Below, piece after piece: positions 19,721-30,069 of a DNA stretch of 64,000 nucleotides. Position numbers and translations under genes: made by a program. The stretch is from positions 384,770 to 448,769 of the forward strand of contig CAWDVP010000001.1 of the NCBI GenBank assembly GCA_963805945.1, given 5' to 3'. Origin of the DNA: Vulcanimicrobiota bacterium (lineage in GTDB: Bacteria > Vulcanimicrobiota > Vulcanimicrobiia > Eremiobacterales > Eremiobacteraceae). Numbering within the stretch: the stretch's first letter is position 1; every line of letters starts with the position of its first letter. The notes under the pieces were generated by a model. It was given only the letters and a program-made list of their open reading frames with translations. It did no database searches and had not been told where the DNA came from.

Positions 19721-20767
19721 ATGGATATCCGCATCATCGCCGTGGCGCTCGCCGCGCCCGTCCTGTCGCAGCTCGCGTCGTTCGACGGCGGTCAAGGCTG
19801 GATCAATTCGAAGCCGCTCTCGCCTGCCGGGCTCGCCGGCAAAGTCGTGCTCGTCGACTTTTGGGAGTACACCTGCGTCAACTGCCTGGCGACGCTGCCG
19901 TATCAGAAAGTCTGGTTCGATCGCTACGCCACGCACGGTTTCACGATCGTCGGCGTGCACACGCCGGATTTCTCCTTTTCGGCCGAGCCGCGCAACGTCG
20001 AGGCGGCGGTGCGGCGACTCGGCATCGAGTGGCCGGTGGTGATCGACGACGAGCGCGCGATATGGGACCGCTACGGCAATGAGGTGTGGCCGCGCCAGAT
20101 GCTCTTCGACGCCCGCGGGCGGCTCGTCGCCGACCACGTGGGCGAGGGCGATTATCCCGAGATGGAGGGGCATATCCAAGACGCGCTGCACCAGATCGAT
20201 CCAGCGGCGCGATTCCCCGCGGTGATGGGATATCTGCCGCGCGACAGCTATGCCAAACCCGGCGCGGTGTGCTATCGCCACACGCCGGAGATGTACGTCG
20301 GACCGGGCCACGGCGCCGGCACGCTCGGGAATCCGCAGGGCTACGGCCGCAGCGGGCAGATCGTCGCCTACGTCGACACGCAGCCGCACAGCGACGGCCG
20401 CGCATATCTGCGAGGGACATGGTCCACCGACGGGCAGGCGCTGGTGAGCGCGGCAGGCACGCCGAACCCGCGCCTCGCCGTGCATTACCAGGCGATCCAG
20501 GCGGTGGCCGTGCTCGCGACCGCAGGCGCGCGGCTGCGGGTTCTCGTGTACCAGGACGGCGCGCCGCTGCCCGCGCGGGATGCCGGTAGTGACGTCCGCT
20601 ACGATACGGCCGGGCGCTCGTACCTCGAGGTGGACGCACCGAGGGAATATGAGGTCGTCATGAACAAACATTTCGGTCAGCATGAGCTGGAACTGCTTCC
20701 TCAAGCCGCCGGGCTCGACGTCTATGCGTTCGATTTCGAGGCCTGTGAGGTGGGTGCGGACCGCTAG
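19721..20767 (+). CDS. Redoxin-domain protein (DipZ C-terminal-like thioredoxin plus beta-sandwich)
   Basis: GKVVLVDFWEYTCVNC, VGVHTPDF, TPEMYVG, YAFDFE. Confidence 0.85.
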   Translation: MDIRIIAVALAAPVLSQLASFDGGQGWINSKPLSPAGLAGKVVLVDFWEYTCVNCLATLPYQKVWFDRYATHGFTIVGVHTPDFSFSAEPRNVEAAVRRLGIEWPVVIDDERAIWDRYGNEVWPRQMLFDARGRLVADHVGEGDYPEMEGHIQDALHQIDPAARFPAVMGYLPRDSYAKPGAVCYRHTPEMYVGPGHGAGTLGNPQGYGRSGQIVAYVDTQPHSDGRAYLRGTWSTDGQALVSAAGTPNPRLAVHYQAIQAVAVLATAGARLRVLVYQDGAPLPARDAGSDVRYDTAGRSYLEVDAPREYEVVMNKHFGQHELELLPQAAGLDVYAFDFEACEVGADR

Positions 20768-21356
20768 CATAGCGCTCGTGCTCGTGCTCGCCTGCGCCGC
20801 ATGCAGCGCGAAGGCGCCGCCCTCGACCTATAGGCCGGCGGTCGTCCCCGGCATCGATCAGCGCCAGCTCGAAGCCGCCGTCGGCAAACCATCGAGCACC
20901 CTGCCGTTCGCCCTGCCCGGTATGGCCGCGCAGATACTCTCCTACCCGTTCGGCCAAGTCGCGACGCGCAACGGCACCGTCATCACCGTCACCATCGCCG
21001 GCGATCCAAGCTTCGTCGGTCCGTACGGCTCGCACATCGGCATGGCGGAGGACCAGCTGACGAGCGCGCTCAAGGCGAGCGGTAAGCATATCAAGGGTCA
21101 TCACGATTCGTACGACGTGATCGCCGGCGACACGGTCACACGGACGAAGGACGCGTACGACGACACCGACCATGTGATGTTCGAACTCGCCGCCGCCAAT
21201 GCCAATGACCCGGAGGCGCCGTACAGCATCGTGAGCATCAATCTCGCCGACGCGACCGGCTTCTCGTTTCTCCAAGCCCTCACCCAAGCGAAGGAGTCAG
21301 GCGTGTATCCCGGTCAGCGCATCGACAATTTCACCTCGGAGCCGTGGTCGCTATGA
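20745..21356 (+). CDS. Hypothetical lipoprotein
   Basis: Lipobox-like VLACAAC after a hydrophobic stretch; stop overlaps next ATG. Confidence 0.7.
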   Translation: MRWVRTASIALVLVLACAACSAKAPPSTYRPAVVPGIDQRQLEAAVGKPSSTLPFALPGMAAQILSYPFGQVATRNGTVITVTIAGDPSFVGPYGSHIGMAEDQLTSALKASGKHIKGHHDSYDVIAGDTVTRTKDAYDDTDHVMFELAAANANDPEAPYSIVSINLADATGFSFLQALTQAKESGVYPGQRIDNFTSEPWSL

Positions 21357-21919
21357 GCGATGAGACGAACGTCCCCGAGACCGAAGAGTTCGCCGTCGTC
21401 CTGCCGCCCAATGCGCGGCTGTCCGGCCTGCGCTTCGATGACAACGCGCACAGCGTGCGGGTCTCGTTCTCCGATGGCGGCGCCGATCGCGATGTGCCCG
21501 CGGAGCAGATCATCACCCTGCACGGCGCGCGCATCCGCCACGAGAAGATCATCCGGACGCCCAAGAAGGTCCGCGGCGCCATTCCGCCGGCGCCCGGCGC
21601 GAGCGGCACCACCACCGCGGTCGGCGACGAGCGCGTCTCCACCAGTGAAGAGTTCCACTTCGTGCTGGCGCTGCGCGCCACAGGCGTCGGCGAGGTCTGG
21701 TATCTCGCCGCCGATTCGTTCAACTTCCGTCACGCGCTCGGCGAAGAAGCGGGCTATTCGACCGAGATCAACTTCCGCGCGTTCGTGCGGCGCCTCGGCC
21801 GCTTCGCGCCGCGCGCCACGCAGGACGCGTTCTTCGCAGCCATCCTCGGCGGACTGCCGCTGCCGCCGCCGCTCGGTTCGCTCATCGAGTTCTTGCGGGT
21901 CGCCGCGGTCGGGCTCTAA
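21353..21919 (+). CDS. Hypothetical protein
   Basis: ATGA overlap with upstream gene; host-like codon usage. Confidence 0.7.
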   Translation: MSDETNVPETEEFAVVLPPNARLSGLRFDDNAHSVRVSFSDGGADRDVPAEQIITLHGARIRHEKIIRTPKKVRGAIPPAPGASGTTTAVGDERVSTSEEFHFVLALRATGVGEVWYLAADSFNFRHALGEEAGYSTEINFRAFVRRLGRFAPRATQDAFFAAILGGLPLPPPLGSLIEFLRVAAVGL

Positions 21920-21937
21920 GCTCTCGCTCGGGTCTTT

Positions 21938-23029
21938 TCAGGCGCTCGCCAGCGCGTAATCGCGCTTGCGGAAATACGTATCGCGCACGACGGGCACGTA
22001 GCCGGCTTGGCGGATCGCGCGCTCGAGGTCGGCGCGATTGGCGCTGTTGGTGCTGCCGGCGAGCGTCACCACCTTCTCCTCGAGGATCGTGCCGCCCATG
22101 TCGTCGCAGCCGAACATCAGGCCGAGCTGCCCAAGCTTGAGGCCCGGCGTCAGCCATGACGACTGGAGATGCGGCACGTTGTCGAGGTAGAGCCGGCTGA
22201 TCGCCAGCACGCGCAGATACTCGAGGCCGGTGGCCTCTTTGCCCTTGAGCGGTGTCTTGAACGGCACGTAATACCACGGGATGAAGGCGCTGAAGCCGTG
22301 CGTCTCGTCTTGGAGACGCCGGATGACGTCGAGGTGGACGATGCGCTCCTCGTCGGTCTCCACCGAGCCGAACATCATCGTCGCGGTCGTCGGCATGCCG
22401 AGCCGCTGCGCGACGCGCATGACCTCGATCCAACGGTCGTCGTCGATCTTGCGCGCCGAGATGCGCTTGCGCACGCGGTCCACGAGGATTTCTGCGCCGG
22501 CGCCGGGCAGCGACTTCAGACCCGCTGCGCGCAGCGTCGTGAGCACGTCTTCGATCGACATCTGCTCCTGTTTGGCGATGCCGCAGATCTCGCTCGTCGA
22601 GAGCGAGTGGATGTCGGCTTCGGGGAAGCGCCGGGAGATCTCGCGGAAGAGGTCCACGTAATAGGCGATGGGGAGATCGGGATTGACGCCGCCCTGCACC
22701 ATGATCTGCGTCGCGCCTTGCTCGACCGCCCAGCGCACGCGCTCGAGCACCTGCTCGTGCGACATGGTGTAGCCCTCGGCGTGCCCCTCGGGCCGGAAGA
22801 ACGCGCAGAAGGTGCAGTGGACGTTGCAGATGTTGGTGTAGTTGATCGTCGTGTCGATGACGTATGAGACTTCGTTCCCCGGATAGAGCGCGGTGCGGCG
22901 CGCATGCGCGGCCGCGCCGAGGTCGTGAAGCGACGCGTCGCGATAGAGCGCGACGCCTTCGTCGAGCGACAGCCGGCCGCCGCCTGCGGCATGCTCGAGG
23001 AGCTCTTGGATCGGCGCCACTTGGCTCAT
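21938..23029 (-). CDS. mqnC: Cyclic dehypoxanthine futalosine synthase
   Basis: INYTNICNVHCTFC, TTATMMFG, GGTILEEKVV; adjacent to mqnA. Confidence 0.92.
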   Translation of the reverse strand: MSQVAPIQELLEHAAGGGRLSLDEGVALYRDASLHDLGAAAHARRTALYPGNEVSYVIDTTINYTNICNVHCTFCAFFRPEGHAEGYTMSHEQVLERVRWAVEQGATQIMVQGGVNPDLPIAYYVDLFREISRRFPEADIHSLSTSEICGIAKQEQMSIEDVLTTLRAAGLKSLPGAGAEILVDRVRKRISARKIDDDRWIEVMRVAQRLGMPTTATMMFGSVETDEERIVHLDVIRRLQDETHGFSAFIPWYYVPFKTPLKGKEATGLEYLRVLAISRLYLDNVPHLQSSWLTPGLKLGQLGLMFGCDDMGGTILEEKVVTLAGSTNSANRADLERAIRQAGYVPVVRDTYFRKRDYALASA

Positions 23030-23865
23030 TGCGTAAACGTCACCAGGCCGAGCTGGATATCCGGCACGAGCTGGTGCCGGCCGGCGTACTCGAGGAATTT
23101 GTTGAACCCCTTCCAGAGGTCGATGTCGACATGGAAGCTCAGCGACTTGTAGTAGTATTCGTAGAAGCCGACCGGGCGCGGATGCTGCTGCTGGGCGAGC
23201 TCGATGACGCGCTCGATATGGCTCTCCCCGTATTGCAGCGCGGAGCCCAGCGCTGAGCGCACCGCATGGATGGCAGTGCTCCCGCCTTCTGCGTGGCCGA
23301 AATCCTTGCGCGCCGCCCACAGCGCGTAGATCATGCCCAAACCTGTGAACTCGTGCCAGAGAAGGCCGACGTCGTGCACGTGCGCCGGCGGGGCCTCGAA
23401 GGATGCGTCGAGCGCCGCGTCGCCGATGAGCAGGCATGCCCCGCCGTCACGATACCCATCCATCGGCCGATCTGATTCATGGAACTGCGGCGCGAAGCCG
23501 TACTTCTCACGGCATATCACGTCGAAGAGCGCGCGCCCGGTCGCCGACTCCTTCGTCACCGCGATCTTGTCTTTTTCCAACCCGCGCGGGGTGACCGCCG
23601 AGACGCAGACGATGCTGTGCACCTCTTGCCGCGAAGCGATGCACAGGTCCGGCAGGTGGATGAGCTCCTTGCCATGTCGCGCGAAGACGAGAGACGATAT
23701 CGGACTGATATCGAGTCCGCCGTCGAGCAGCGCGCGGTTGAGGTCGGTGGGTACGCCCGGATGCAACTCCCCCGGAAACGGCATGACCCCCAGATCGAAT
23801 GCCGCATAGACCGGCAGGTCGTTGGTGTAGCTGATGCGCCCGCAGCGCGTCACCCGCTCGTCCAT
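23026..23865 (-). CDS. mqnA: Chorismate dehydratase
   Basis: GRISYTNDLPVY, VPTDLN, ESATG, LLIGDAAL, YALW. Confidence 0.88.
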   Translation of the reverse strand: MDERVTRCGRISYTNDLPVYAAFDLGVMPFPGELHPGVPTDLNRALLDGGLDISPISSLVFARHGKELIHLPDLCIASRQEVHSIVCVSAVTPRGLEKDKIAVTKESATGRALFDVICREKYGFAPQFHESDRPMDGYRDGGACLLIGDAALDASFEAPPAHVHDVGLLWHEFTGLGMIYALWAARKDFGHAEGGSTAIHAVRSALGSALQYGESHIERVIELAQQQHPRPVGFYEYYYKSLSFHVDIDLWKGFNKFLEYAGRHQLVPDIQLGLVTFTQ

Positions 23866-23866
23866 G

Positions 23867-24955
23867 TCAGACGGCCTCGAGGACGTCGTAGACGAGGTTG
23901 CGGCGCGTCGGCACGAAGCCGGCCTCTTCGATCGCGCGCTTGAGATCGGAGAGCCCCGTGTTCTGGTCCGTCGTGCTGCCCGCGTCGCGATAGATGCGCT
24001 GCTCGTTGTTGACCGGACCGTCGATGTCATCGGCGCCGAAGTTCAACCCGAGTTGGGCCATCTTGATGCCGTATGAGATCCAATACGCCTTGATGTGGTC
24101 GATGTTGTCGAGCATGAGCCGCGACACGGCGATGGTCCGCAGATCGTCGATGCTGCCGGTCCAGCCGTACTCGGAGAGCTCGTTCTCCTCAGGATGGAAC
24201 GCGAGCGGCACGAAGCACTTGAAGCCGCCGGTCTCCGCCTGCAGCTCGCGCAGCAGCGCGAGGTGCTCCACGCGCTCGGCGACGGTCTCGACGTGGCCGT
24301 AGAGCATGGTGCAATTGGTCTTCATGCCGATGCGGTGCGCGACACGGTGCACCTCGAGCCATTCCTCGGCGGTCGCTTTGCGCGGACAGACGAGGTCGCG
24401 CACGCGCTTGACCAGGATCTCCGCGCCGCCGCCGTTGAGCGAGGTGACGCCCGCGTCGCGCAGGCGCGTGAGGCCTTCTTCGTACGAACAGCGAGCGCGC
24501 TTGCACATGTAGTCGATCTCGGCTGCGGTGAAGAGCGCGAGCTGCACGTGCGGGATCCGCAGGTGCATCTGCTCGATGACGGGCAGCCAGAACTCCAGGC
24601 TGGTCTGTTTGGGATCATGACCGCCGACGATATGCAGTTCGTCGTATTCCACCGGCTCGGCGCACGCCTTGTCGAGGATCTGCTCGGCGGTCCAGCGATA
24701 CGAACGCGGGTCTTTCTCCCACGCGGCGAACGAGCAGAACTTGCAGTCCGCGTAGCAGACGTTGGTGGTGTTCAGATAGCGCTTGAAGACGTAGTAGGCG
24801 CGGTCGCCGTTCTTGCGGGTGCGCACCTCGTGCGCCAGCTTGCCCAACGCGTGGAACGGCGCTCCGCCGTAGAGGTACACGCCGTCGGCGCGGTCCAGCG
24901 GTTCACCGGCGCGCACTTTTTCCGCGATCGATTCGAATTGGAAGCGGCTGGCCAT
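23867..24955 (-). CDS. mqnE: Aminodeoxyfutalosine synthase
   Basis: TNVCYADCKFC, NCTMLYGHVE, HIKAYW, FGADDIDG. Confidence 0.92.
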   Translation of the reverse strand: MASRFQFESIAEKVRAGEPLDRADGVYLYGGAPFHALGKLAHEVRTRKNGDRAYYVFKRYLNTTNVCYADCKFCSFAAWEKDPRSYRWTAEQILDKACAEPVEYDELHIVGGHDPKQTSLEFWLPVIEQMHLRIPHVQLALFTAAEIDYMCKRARCSYEEGLTRLRDAGVTSLNGGGAEILVKRVRDLVCPRKATAEEWLEVHRVAHRIGMKTNCTMLYGHVETVAERVEHLALLRELQAETGGFKCFVPLAFHPEENELSEYGWTGSIDDLRTIAVSRLMLDNIDHIKAYWISYGIKMAQLGLNFGADDIDGPVNNEQRIYRDAGSTTDQNTGLSDLKRAIEEAGFVPTRRNLVYDVLEAV

Positions 24956-25033
24956 CGAGCCGCCGTTTTCGGCGGGGTGCGAGCGGCGGCCTGTTGTCGT
25001 CGCGCGCCGCTCCGCGCGCTATCAGACGCGCGG

Positions 25034-27298
25034 CTACAGGAGCGTCTGCGTGCCGCGCCGCGGTGCGAGTATAGTCGCAACATGCTCCATGTCGGCATCG
25101 CCGACGAGGATCTTGCGCGGCTTCGTGCCTTCGGCGGGTCCGACGACGCGGAACTGCTCGAGTATCTTCATGAGCCGCACCGCGCGGGGATGGCCGATCT
25201 TCAACTCGGCCTGGAGCAGCGCGACAGACGCCATCTGCCGTTCGACGATGATCTGCGCCGCATCGTACGCGAGTTCGTCGGACGGTCCGTCGCTGTCGTC
25301 TTCCATCTCGGACGGGTCGATGGCGAGGCGGTTCTCCGGGTCGCTCTGCTCGCGCCAGAACTCGCACAAACGCTCGATCTCGTCGCCGGTCACGAGCGCG
25401 CCCTGCACGCGCATCGGTTTCGGCGCGTCGATGGGCAGGAAGAGCATGTCGCCTCTGCCGAGCAGCCGCTCCGCGCCGGCCATGTCGAGGATGGTGCGCG
25501 AATCGACCTGCGACGACACCGCGAAGGCGATCCGCGACGGGATGTTCGCCTTGATGAGCCCGGTGATGACGTCGACCGAAGGCCGCTGGGTGGCGATGAC
25601 GAGATGGATGCCCGTGGCGCGGGCCAGCTGCGCGATGCGGCAGATGCTCGTCTCGACGCGCGTCGGCGCGACGAGCATGAGGTCTGCCAGCTCGTCGATC
25701 GCGACGACGATGTACGGTAGCCGCTCGTCGGGATGCTGCTGGTTGTACTCTTCGATCTTGCGCACGCCCGCGCGCGCGAAACGCTCGTAGCGGGAATCCA
25801 TCTCTTTGGTGAGCTCGTAGAGCGCGCCGGCCGCGATCTTCGGGTCGGTGATGCAGTCGCTGATGAGGTGCGGGATGCCGTTATACGCCGCCAGCTCGAC
25901 CCGCTTGGGATCGACGAGCAGCATCTGCACCTGGTCGGGCGTGCAGGTGGCGAGGAGCGAGGCGAGGATGACGTTGAGACAGACGCTCTTGCCCGCTCCG
26001 GTCGCGCCGGCGACGAGCAGATGCGGCATGCGCGTGAGGTCGGCGACGATAGGCCGTCCCGTGATGTCCTTGCCCAGGCCGAACGAGAGCGTGCCCTCGA
26101 TCTTCGGCACATAGTCGAGGATCTCGCGGATCGCGACCAGCGAGACGTTGCTGTTGGGCACTTCGATGCCGACGGCGGCCTTGCCCGGGATCGGCGCTTC
26201 GATGCGCACGCTCTGCGCGGCGAGCGCGAGCTGGATGTTGTCGGATAGCGTCTTGATCGCGCTCACCTTGACGCCTCTGCCCGGCGTGATCTCGTAGCGC
26301 GTGACGCTGGGTCCGCGTTCGATGTGCGTCACCTTGCCCGCCACGCCGAACGACGCGAGCGTCTCCTCGAGCAGCGCTGCGGCGCTCGCCTCGTTTATGA
26401 CGCGCTTCTCCGCCGGATTAAATAGCGCGAAGTCCGGCAGGCGATAGCCTGTGCTTGAATCGCGCACTTTTGGCTTCGGGGCGCGGGGGCGCGCGTTGCC
26501 CTCGTCTCCGCTGTAGTGTCCGAGCGCAGTTCGGGGCTCGTCGGGCTGAACCGGTTGCGGTTCGATGACGACGAGCGACTCTGACGCGACGACCGGTTCT
26601 GCGACCACGACCTCGGCGACGACCGGCTCCGCTATCGGCTCCGCCACGACTGCCTCTGCCATGACCGGCTCCGCGGCGACAGCCTGGGGCGGCAGTCGCA
26701 CCGGACGGGCCTGATCTTCTTCTTCGTGCGCGTGCGAGCGGCGCCACGCTTCGCTCGCGGTGGACGTGAGGCTCGTCGCGGCGCCGGCGAGCTTCACGCT
26801 TGCGGCGCCGAACATGCGCTTGAGCGAGATGCCGGTGGGCGTCACCACGAATGCGACGACTGCGAAGACGAGCACGACGTTAGCGCCGGCGGTGCCGAAG
26901 AGCGCGCTGAAGCCATGTGCGATGCCGTTGCCCGCCGCGCCACCCGCGCCTGCCATCCCGAAGAGGCCCGCGAGCGCGAGGAATGCGCCGAGCGCGCAAC
27001 CCGCGAACGCGGCCATGGTCGAGGGGACGTGCAGTTCGAGGAAGATGATCGCGGCGATCGCGATCAAGGCGACGACTGCCAGCCATGCCGCCGCGCCGAA
27101 CCAGGCGCGCAGCGTCGCGTTGGCGGCGATGCCGAAGAAGCCGGCGTCGTGGGCGGCGATGAGCGAGATCGCCAGAAGCGCCGCGATCACGAAGAGCGCG
27201 ACGCCAAGGATCTCGAAATTGAGGGTCAGGCCCGGGAGCGGGTCCACCCGGCGCGAACGCGCCGCTTTCGTGCGCTTCATAACGGTGGTCTTAGCCAC
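25034..27298 (-). CDS. ftsK: DNA translocase FtsK/SpoIIIE
   Basis: N-terminal TMs, PHLLVAGATGAGKS, IDELADLM, gamma domain. Confidence 0.97.
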   Translation of the reverse strand: MAKTTVMKRTKAARSRRVDPLPGLTLNFEILGVALFVIAALLAISLIAAHDAGFFGIAANATLRAWFGAAAWLAVVALIAIAAIIFLELHVPSTMAAFAGCALGAFLALAGLFGMAGAGGAAGNGIAHGFSALFGTAGANVVLVFAVVAFVVTPTGISLKRMFGAASVKLAGAATSLTSTASEAWRRSHAHEEEDQARPVRLPPQAVAAEPVMAEAVVAEPIAEPVVAEVVVAEPVVASESLVVIEPQPVQPDEPRTALGHYSGDEGNARPRAPKPKVRDSSTGYRLPDFALFNPAEKRVINEASAAALLEETLASFGVAGKVTHIERGPSVTRYEITPGRGVKVSAIKTLSDNIQLALAAQSVRIEAPIPGKAAVGIEVPNSNVSLVAIREILDYVPKIEGTLSFGLGKDITGRPIVADLTRMPHLLVAGATGAGKSVCLNVILASLLATCTPDQVQMLLVDPKRVELAAYNGIPHLISDCITDPKIAAGALYELTKEMDSRYERFARAGVRKIEEYNQQHPDERLPYIVVAIDELADLMLVAPTRVETSICRIAQLARATGIHLVIATQRPSVDVITGLIKANIPSRIAFAVSSQVDSRTILDMAGAERLLGRGDMLFLPIDAPKPMRVQGALVTGDEIERLCEFWREQSDPENRLAIDPSEMEDDSDGPSDELAYDAAQIIVERQMASVALLQAELKIGHPRAVRLMKILEQFRVVGPAEGTKPRKILVGDADMEHVATILAPRRGTQTLL

Positions 27299-27336
27299 CG
27301 TACGTGCGTTCGATGGCGCGCGCGGGCGTTCCCCCG

Positions 27337-28248
27337 CTACCGGGACCTCGGGTCGAGCGCGTCGCGCAGTCCGTCACCCATGAGATTGAATCCGAGCACC
27401 GTGAGCGAGATCGCCAGTCCGGGGAAGAGCAGCGCCCATGGCGCGCTCAGCCAATAATCGCGCGCGTCGTTGAGCATCGAGCCCCACTCCGCCGTCGGCG
27501 GTTGGATGCCCAGACCGAGGTAGGACAGGCCGGCCGAGTCGAGTTCCGCGGTGCCGACGCCGAGCGTCGCCTGCACCACGAGCGGCGCCAAGATGTTGGG
27601 CAGCACGTAGCGCAGCAGCAGCATCGGCGTGCTGTTGCCCACCGCGCGCCCCGCCTCCACGTATTCCATCTCCTTGACCGAGAGCACCGACGAGCGCGCG
27701 ATGCGCGCGTACACCGGAATGCCGACGATGCCGACCGCCAGGAAGATCTTGACGACGTCGCTGACGCGCTGGTCGAGCACCGCTGAGATCGCGATGGCGA
27801 GCAGGATGCTCGGGAAGGCGAGCATGACGTCCATCGCGCCCATGAGCACCGAGTCCACCTGCTTGCCGAAGTAGCCGGCGGCCAGACCGATGGCGGCGCC
27901 GATGGCCAGGCCGATGCCGACGCTGATGAAGCCGATCTCGACCGACAGCCGTGAGCCGTAGAGGAGCCGGGTGAAGATGTCGCGCCCGAGCTTGTCGGTG
28001 CCGGCGAGATGCGCGAGCGACGGCGGCAGCGTGGTGGCCGCGAGGTTCTGCGCGAGCGGATCGCGATGCCCCGACAGCCACGGCGCGAAGATCGCGCACA
28101 GCGCGAGCGCGATGATGAGGGTGAGGCCGATGAGCGCGGACGGACTCTTGCGGAACGTGCGCCACGCATCGGCGGCCACGGTGGTGTGCGGAGCTTCGAG
28201 CGACGCGTCCAGCAGCGTTTCGTCGGCCGTCAGCACCGCCTCTTGCAA
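27337..28248 (-). CDS. Dipeptide/oligopeptide ABC transporter permease (DppC/OppC)
   Basis: GTDKLGRDIFTRL, EYVEAGRAVG (EAA motif), FNLMGDGLRDALDP. Confidence 0.93.
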   Translation of the reverse strand: MQEAVLTADETLLDASLEAPHTTVAADAWRTFRKSPSALIGLTLIIALALCAIFAPWLSGHRDPLAQNLAATTLPPSLAHLAGTDKLGRDIFTRLLYGSRLSVEIGFISVGIGLAIGAAIGLAAGYFGKQVDSVLMGAMDVMLAFPSILLAIAISAVLDQRVSDVVKIFLAVGIVGIPVYARIARSSVLSVKEMEYVEAGRAVGNSTPMLLLRYVLPNILAPLVVQATLGVGTAELDSAGLSYLGLGIQPPTAEWGSMLNDARDYWLSAPWALLFPGLAISLTVLGFNLMGDGLRDALDPRSR

Positions 28249-28255
28249 GGAGAGC

Positions 28256-29983
28256 TTACACTTCCATGACGACCGGCACGATCATCGGCCTGCGCTTCGT
28301 GCGATCGTAGACGAACTTCTGCAGCCCCTTGTGCACATGCTCGCGGATGGCCGTCCACTCCGTGATGCCCTGCTTGGCGCCGCTTTCCATGATGTCGGCC
28401 GCGGCATGGCGCACGTCTTCGATGACGCCGTCGCCCTCGCCGCTCGAGCCGAAGGTGAAGCCGCGCGTCGTGATGTCGGGACCGGCGAGCACTTTGCCGT
28501 CGGAGCTGTCCACCGTCACCGTCACGACGAGCATGCCGTCGGCCGAGAGATGCTTGCGATCGCGCAGCACCACTTCGCCGACGTCGCCCACGCCGAGTCC
28601 GTCCACGTACACCGGACCGCCGTTGGTCCGCCCGACCTTCTCCGCGCCTTTGGACGTGAGCTGCAGCGCATCGCCGTTCTCGAGCACGAAGATGTGCGAG
28701 CCGTCGATGCCGGTCTGCTGCGCCAGATGCGCGTGCTGCACGAGCATGCGATACTCGCCGTGCACCGGCATGAAGTACTTCGGCTTGGTGAGATTGAGCA
28801 TCATGAGCAGCTCTTCTTGGCAGCCGTGGCCGGAGACGTGCGCCATGCGCTGGCGGCCGTAGATGACGTCGACGCCGAGCTTGTAGAGGTTGTTGATGGT
28901 CCGGCCGATGCTGCGCTCGTTGCCCGGGATCGGCGTCGCCGACAAGATCACGGTGTCGCCGGAGACGAGCTTCACGCGGCGGTGGTCGCGCGACGCCATG
29001 CGCACGAGCGCGGAGGTCGGCTCGCCCTGGCTGCCGGTGGTGCAGATGACCAGCTTGTGCGGCGGATAGTCGTCGATCTCGTGCTCGCGGATCTGTTGGC
29101 CCGGCGCGAGCGTCAGGTAGCCATGCTCGATCGCGATGCCCGACACGTTGAGCATGCTGCGGCCGACGAAGCAGATCTTACGGTCGTACTTCGCCGCGGC
29201 GTCCACCGTCTGCTGGAGGCGCGGCACGTTCGACGCGAACATGGTCACGATGATGCGGCCGTCGCAATGCGCGAAGATGTCCTTGAACGTCTCGCCGACG
29301 ACCCGCTCGGACGGCGTGTGCCCGGGGATCTCGGCGTTGGTCGAATCGGAGCACAGCAGCAGCACGCCCTCTTCGCCGTAGCGCGCGAGCGTCGCGATGT
29401 CGGACGGGCGGCCGTCGATGGGCGTCTGGTCGAACTTGAAGTCGCCCGTGTGGACGACGACGCCCTGCGGCGTGGTGAGCGCGATCGAGCACGAGCCCGC
29501 GACGCTGTGGGTGATCGAGATGAAGTCGGCGCTGAACGAGCCGAGGTGGATCTCCTCGCCTGGTTCGATCACGTGCAGATCCGCGCGATCGAGCAGCTTG
29601 TGCTCCTTGAGCTTGCCGCGCAGCAATGCGAGGGTGACGTCGGTGCCGTACACTGGCACGTTGAGCTGGGCGAGGAAGTAGGCGACGCCGCCGATGTGGT
29701 CCTCGTGGGCGTGGGTGAGCAGCAGTCCGCGCACTTTCTTCGCGCGCTCACGGAGGTACGAGATGTCGTTGATGACGAGATCGACGCCGAGCATCTCCTC
29801 TTCGGGGAACTGCACTCCGGCGTCGATGACGACGATGTCGTCATTGGTCTCATAGACGGTCATATTGCGGCCGATCTCGCCGCAGCCGCCGAGCGGTATG
29901 ACGCGCAGATAGGGGGCGCGCGGCGCTTCGGCGAGGCCCTCATCGCCTGTGCGAGGGGCTACCGGAAAAAATTCGTGTTGCAT
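28256..29983 (-). CDS. rnj: Ribonuclease J
   Basis: PLGGCGEIGRN, THAHEDHIG, HTGDFKFD, HVSGH, PVHGE. Confidence 0.97.
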   Translation of the reverse strand: MQHEFFPVAPRTGDEGLAEAPRAPYLRVIPLGGCGEIGRNMTVYETNDDIVVIDAGVQFPEEEMLGVDLVINDISYLRERAKKVRGLLLTHAHEDHIGGVAYFLAQLNVPVYGTDVTLALLRGKLKEHKLLDRADLHVIEPGEEIHLGSFSADFISITHSVAGSCSIALTTPQGVVVHTGDFKFDQTPIDGRPSDIATLARYGEEGVLLLCSDSTNAEIPGHTPSERVVGETFKDIFAHCDGRIIVTMFASNVPRLQQTVDAAAKYDRKICFVGRSMLNVSGIAIEHGYLTLAPGQQIREHEIDDYPPHKLVICTTGSQGEPTSALVRMASRDHRRVKLVSGDTVILSATPIPGNERSIGRTINNLYKLGVDVIYGRQRMAHVSGHGCQEELLMMLNLTKPKYFMPVHGEYRMLVQHAHLAQQTGIDGSHIFVLENGDALQLTSKGAEKVGRTNGGPVYVDGLGVGDVGEVVLRDRKHLSADGMLVVTVTVDSSDGKVLAGPDITTRGFTFGSSGEGDGVIEDVRHAAADIMESGAKQGITEWTAIREHVHKGLQKFVYDRTKRRPMIVPVVMEV

Positions 29984-30069
29984 GCCTTGATACGATTAAG
30001 GCGCGCGACGCCGTAGGCCTGCCGGGGCTACGACATATGGCGGTCCCGCTGCGGCGCCCGAAGGCAGAC

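Noticed and set aside
26580..26690. VVAEP-type repeats in ftsK and the G/A-rich DnaK tail (42025-42130)
   Set aside because: Ordinary low-complexity linkers of these families.
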